Shown here piece by piece: positions 49,448-49,868 of a DNA stretch of 49,868 nt (positions within the stretch are counted from its first letter, which is position 1; each line of letters opens with the position of its first letter). A program made the position numbers and the translations under genes. Below the pieces are notes generated by a model that had not been told where the DNA came from, made no database searches, and was given only the letters and a program-made list of their open reading frames with translations. Origin of the DNA: Treponema sp. (GTDB lineage: Bacteria; Spirochaetota; Spirochaetia; Treponematales; Treponemataceae); NCBI GenBank assembly GCA_052169975.1, contig JBQNBK010000001.1:1-49868 (forward strand), written 5' to 3'.

Positions 49448-49502
49448 ATAGAAGGAAACATTGATTATTAGAATAGCACTTAATTTATATGTTTCCTTCT
49501 AT
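49448..49502. terminator. 14-bp inverted repeat with 27-nt loop (terminator or operator)
   Basis: ATAGAAGGAAACAT ... ATGTTTCCTTCTAT. Confidence 0.5.
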
Positions 49503-49530
49503 TGACATATTAAAATGTTTTCTATAGTAT
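49502..49530 (+). promoter_or_regulatory. Sigma70-type promoter
   Basis: TTGACA-17 nt-TAGTAT. Confidence 0.7.
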
Positions 49531-49576
49531 ACATTTTTCCCAGTAGATTATTGGGTGATTTTTGGAGGTATTAAAA

Positions 49577-49868
49577 ATGAAAATGAAGTATTTTTTACTT
49601 TCTGTTTTTAGCATTTTTGTTGCTGTTTTTGCATTTAGTTGTGCAAATGGTTCGGGGGGGGGTACACCATCTGATATAGACATTAAAGGCGTTTGGTCAA
49701 CAGATGAGTATAAAAACCAAAAAGGTACTGGTACTGGTAAAGCTCTTTTAGCATTTGATGAAACTCTTGCTTATCATGCACATATTGAAAATGGAAAGCT
49801 AGAGGCAAAAGGGCAAAAGTATCCATATGAGTTTAAAAATGGTATGCTTTCAATTCCTGCTGTAGCAA
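49577..49868 (+). CDS. Lipoprotein (5' part, runs off the window) with in-frame G9 tract
   Basis: GGAGG SD; MKMKYFLLSVFSIFVAVFAFSC-ANGSGGGTP...; open to the window end; absent from the supplied ORF track. Confidence 0.85.
   Translation, partial: MKMKYFLLSVFSIFVAVFAFSCANGSGGGTPSDIDIKGVWSTDEYKNQKGTGTGKALLAFDETLAYHAHIENGKLEAKGQKYPYEFKNGMLSIPAVA

Overview
AT-rich chromosomal segment of a spirochaete, most likely a Treponema (FlbB collar protein, spirochaetal lipoprotein signals, Treponema-style MCP and TPR proteins). Mostly housekeeping genes on the + strand: trpS, hflK/hflC, flbB, an MBOAT/SGNH O-acylation pair, metK, an acyl-CoA ligase, hrpA, rpe, def/fmt, a PASTA protein, hemolysin III, an MCP, tatD, tRNA-Leu(TAA), an MGDG-synthase-like glycosyltransferase and a heterodimeric ABC transporter. 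Accessory material is interspersed. (i) A compact putative restriction-modification pair: an unfamiliar PD-(D/E)XK-like protein plus a 198-aa phage-Dam-type N6-adenine methyltransferase. (ii) Large surface lipoproteins. (iii) Two divergent Rpn (PD-(D/E)XK 'transposase') genes arranged like cassettes between three copies of a ~110-bp two-hairpin repeat whose last copy is the 5' coding end of a GT2 glycosyltransferase; each Rpn gene has an internal SD plus in-frame ATG (RpnS antitoxin-like). (iv) A ~205-bp dispersed non-coding element, present twice in inverted orientation, built of 10-bp palindromes phased every 22-23 bp. (v) Homopolymer tracts suggesting phase variation (C14 frameshifting an MCP, G9 in a lipoprotein). 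(vi) A 69-bp MITE-like hairpin. All calls come from reading the sequence and motifs; no database searches were run.
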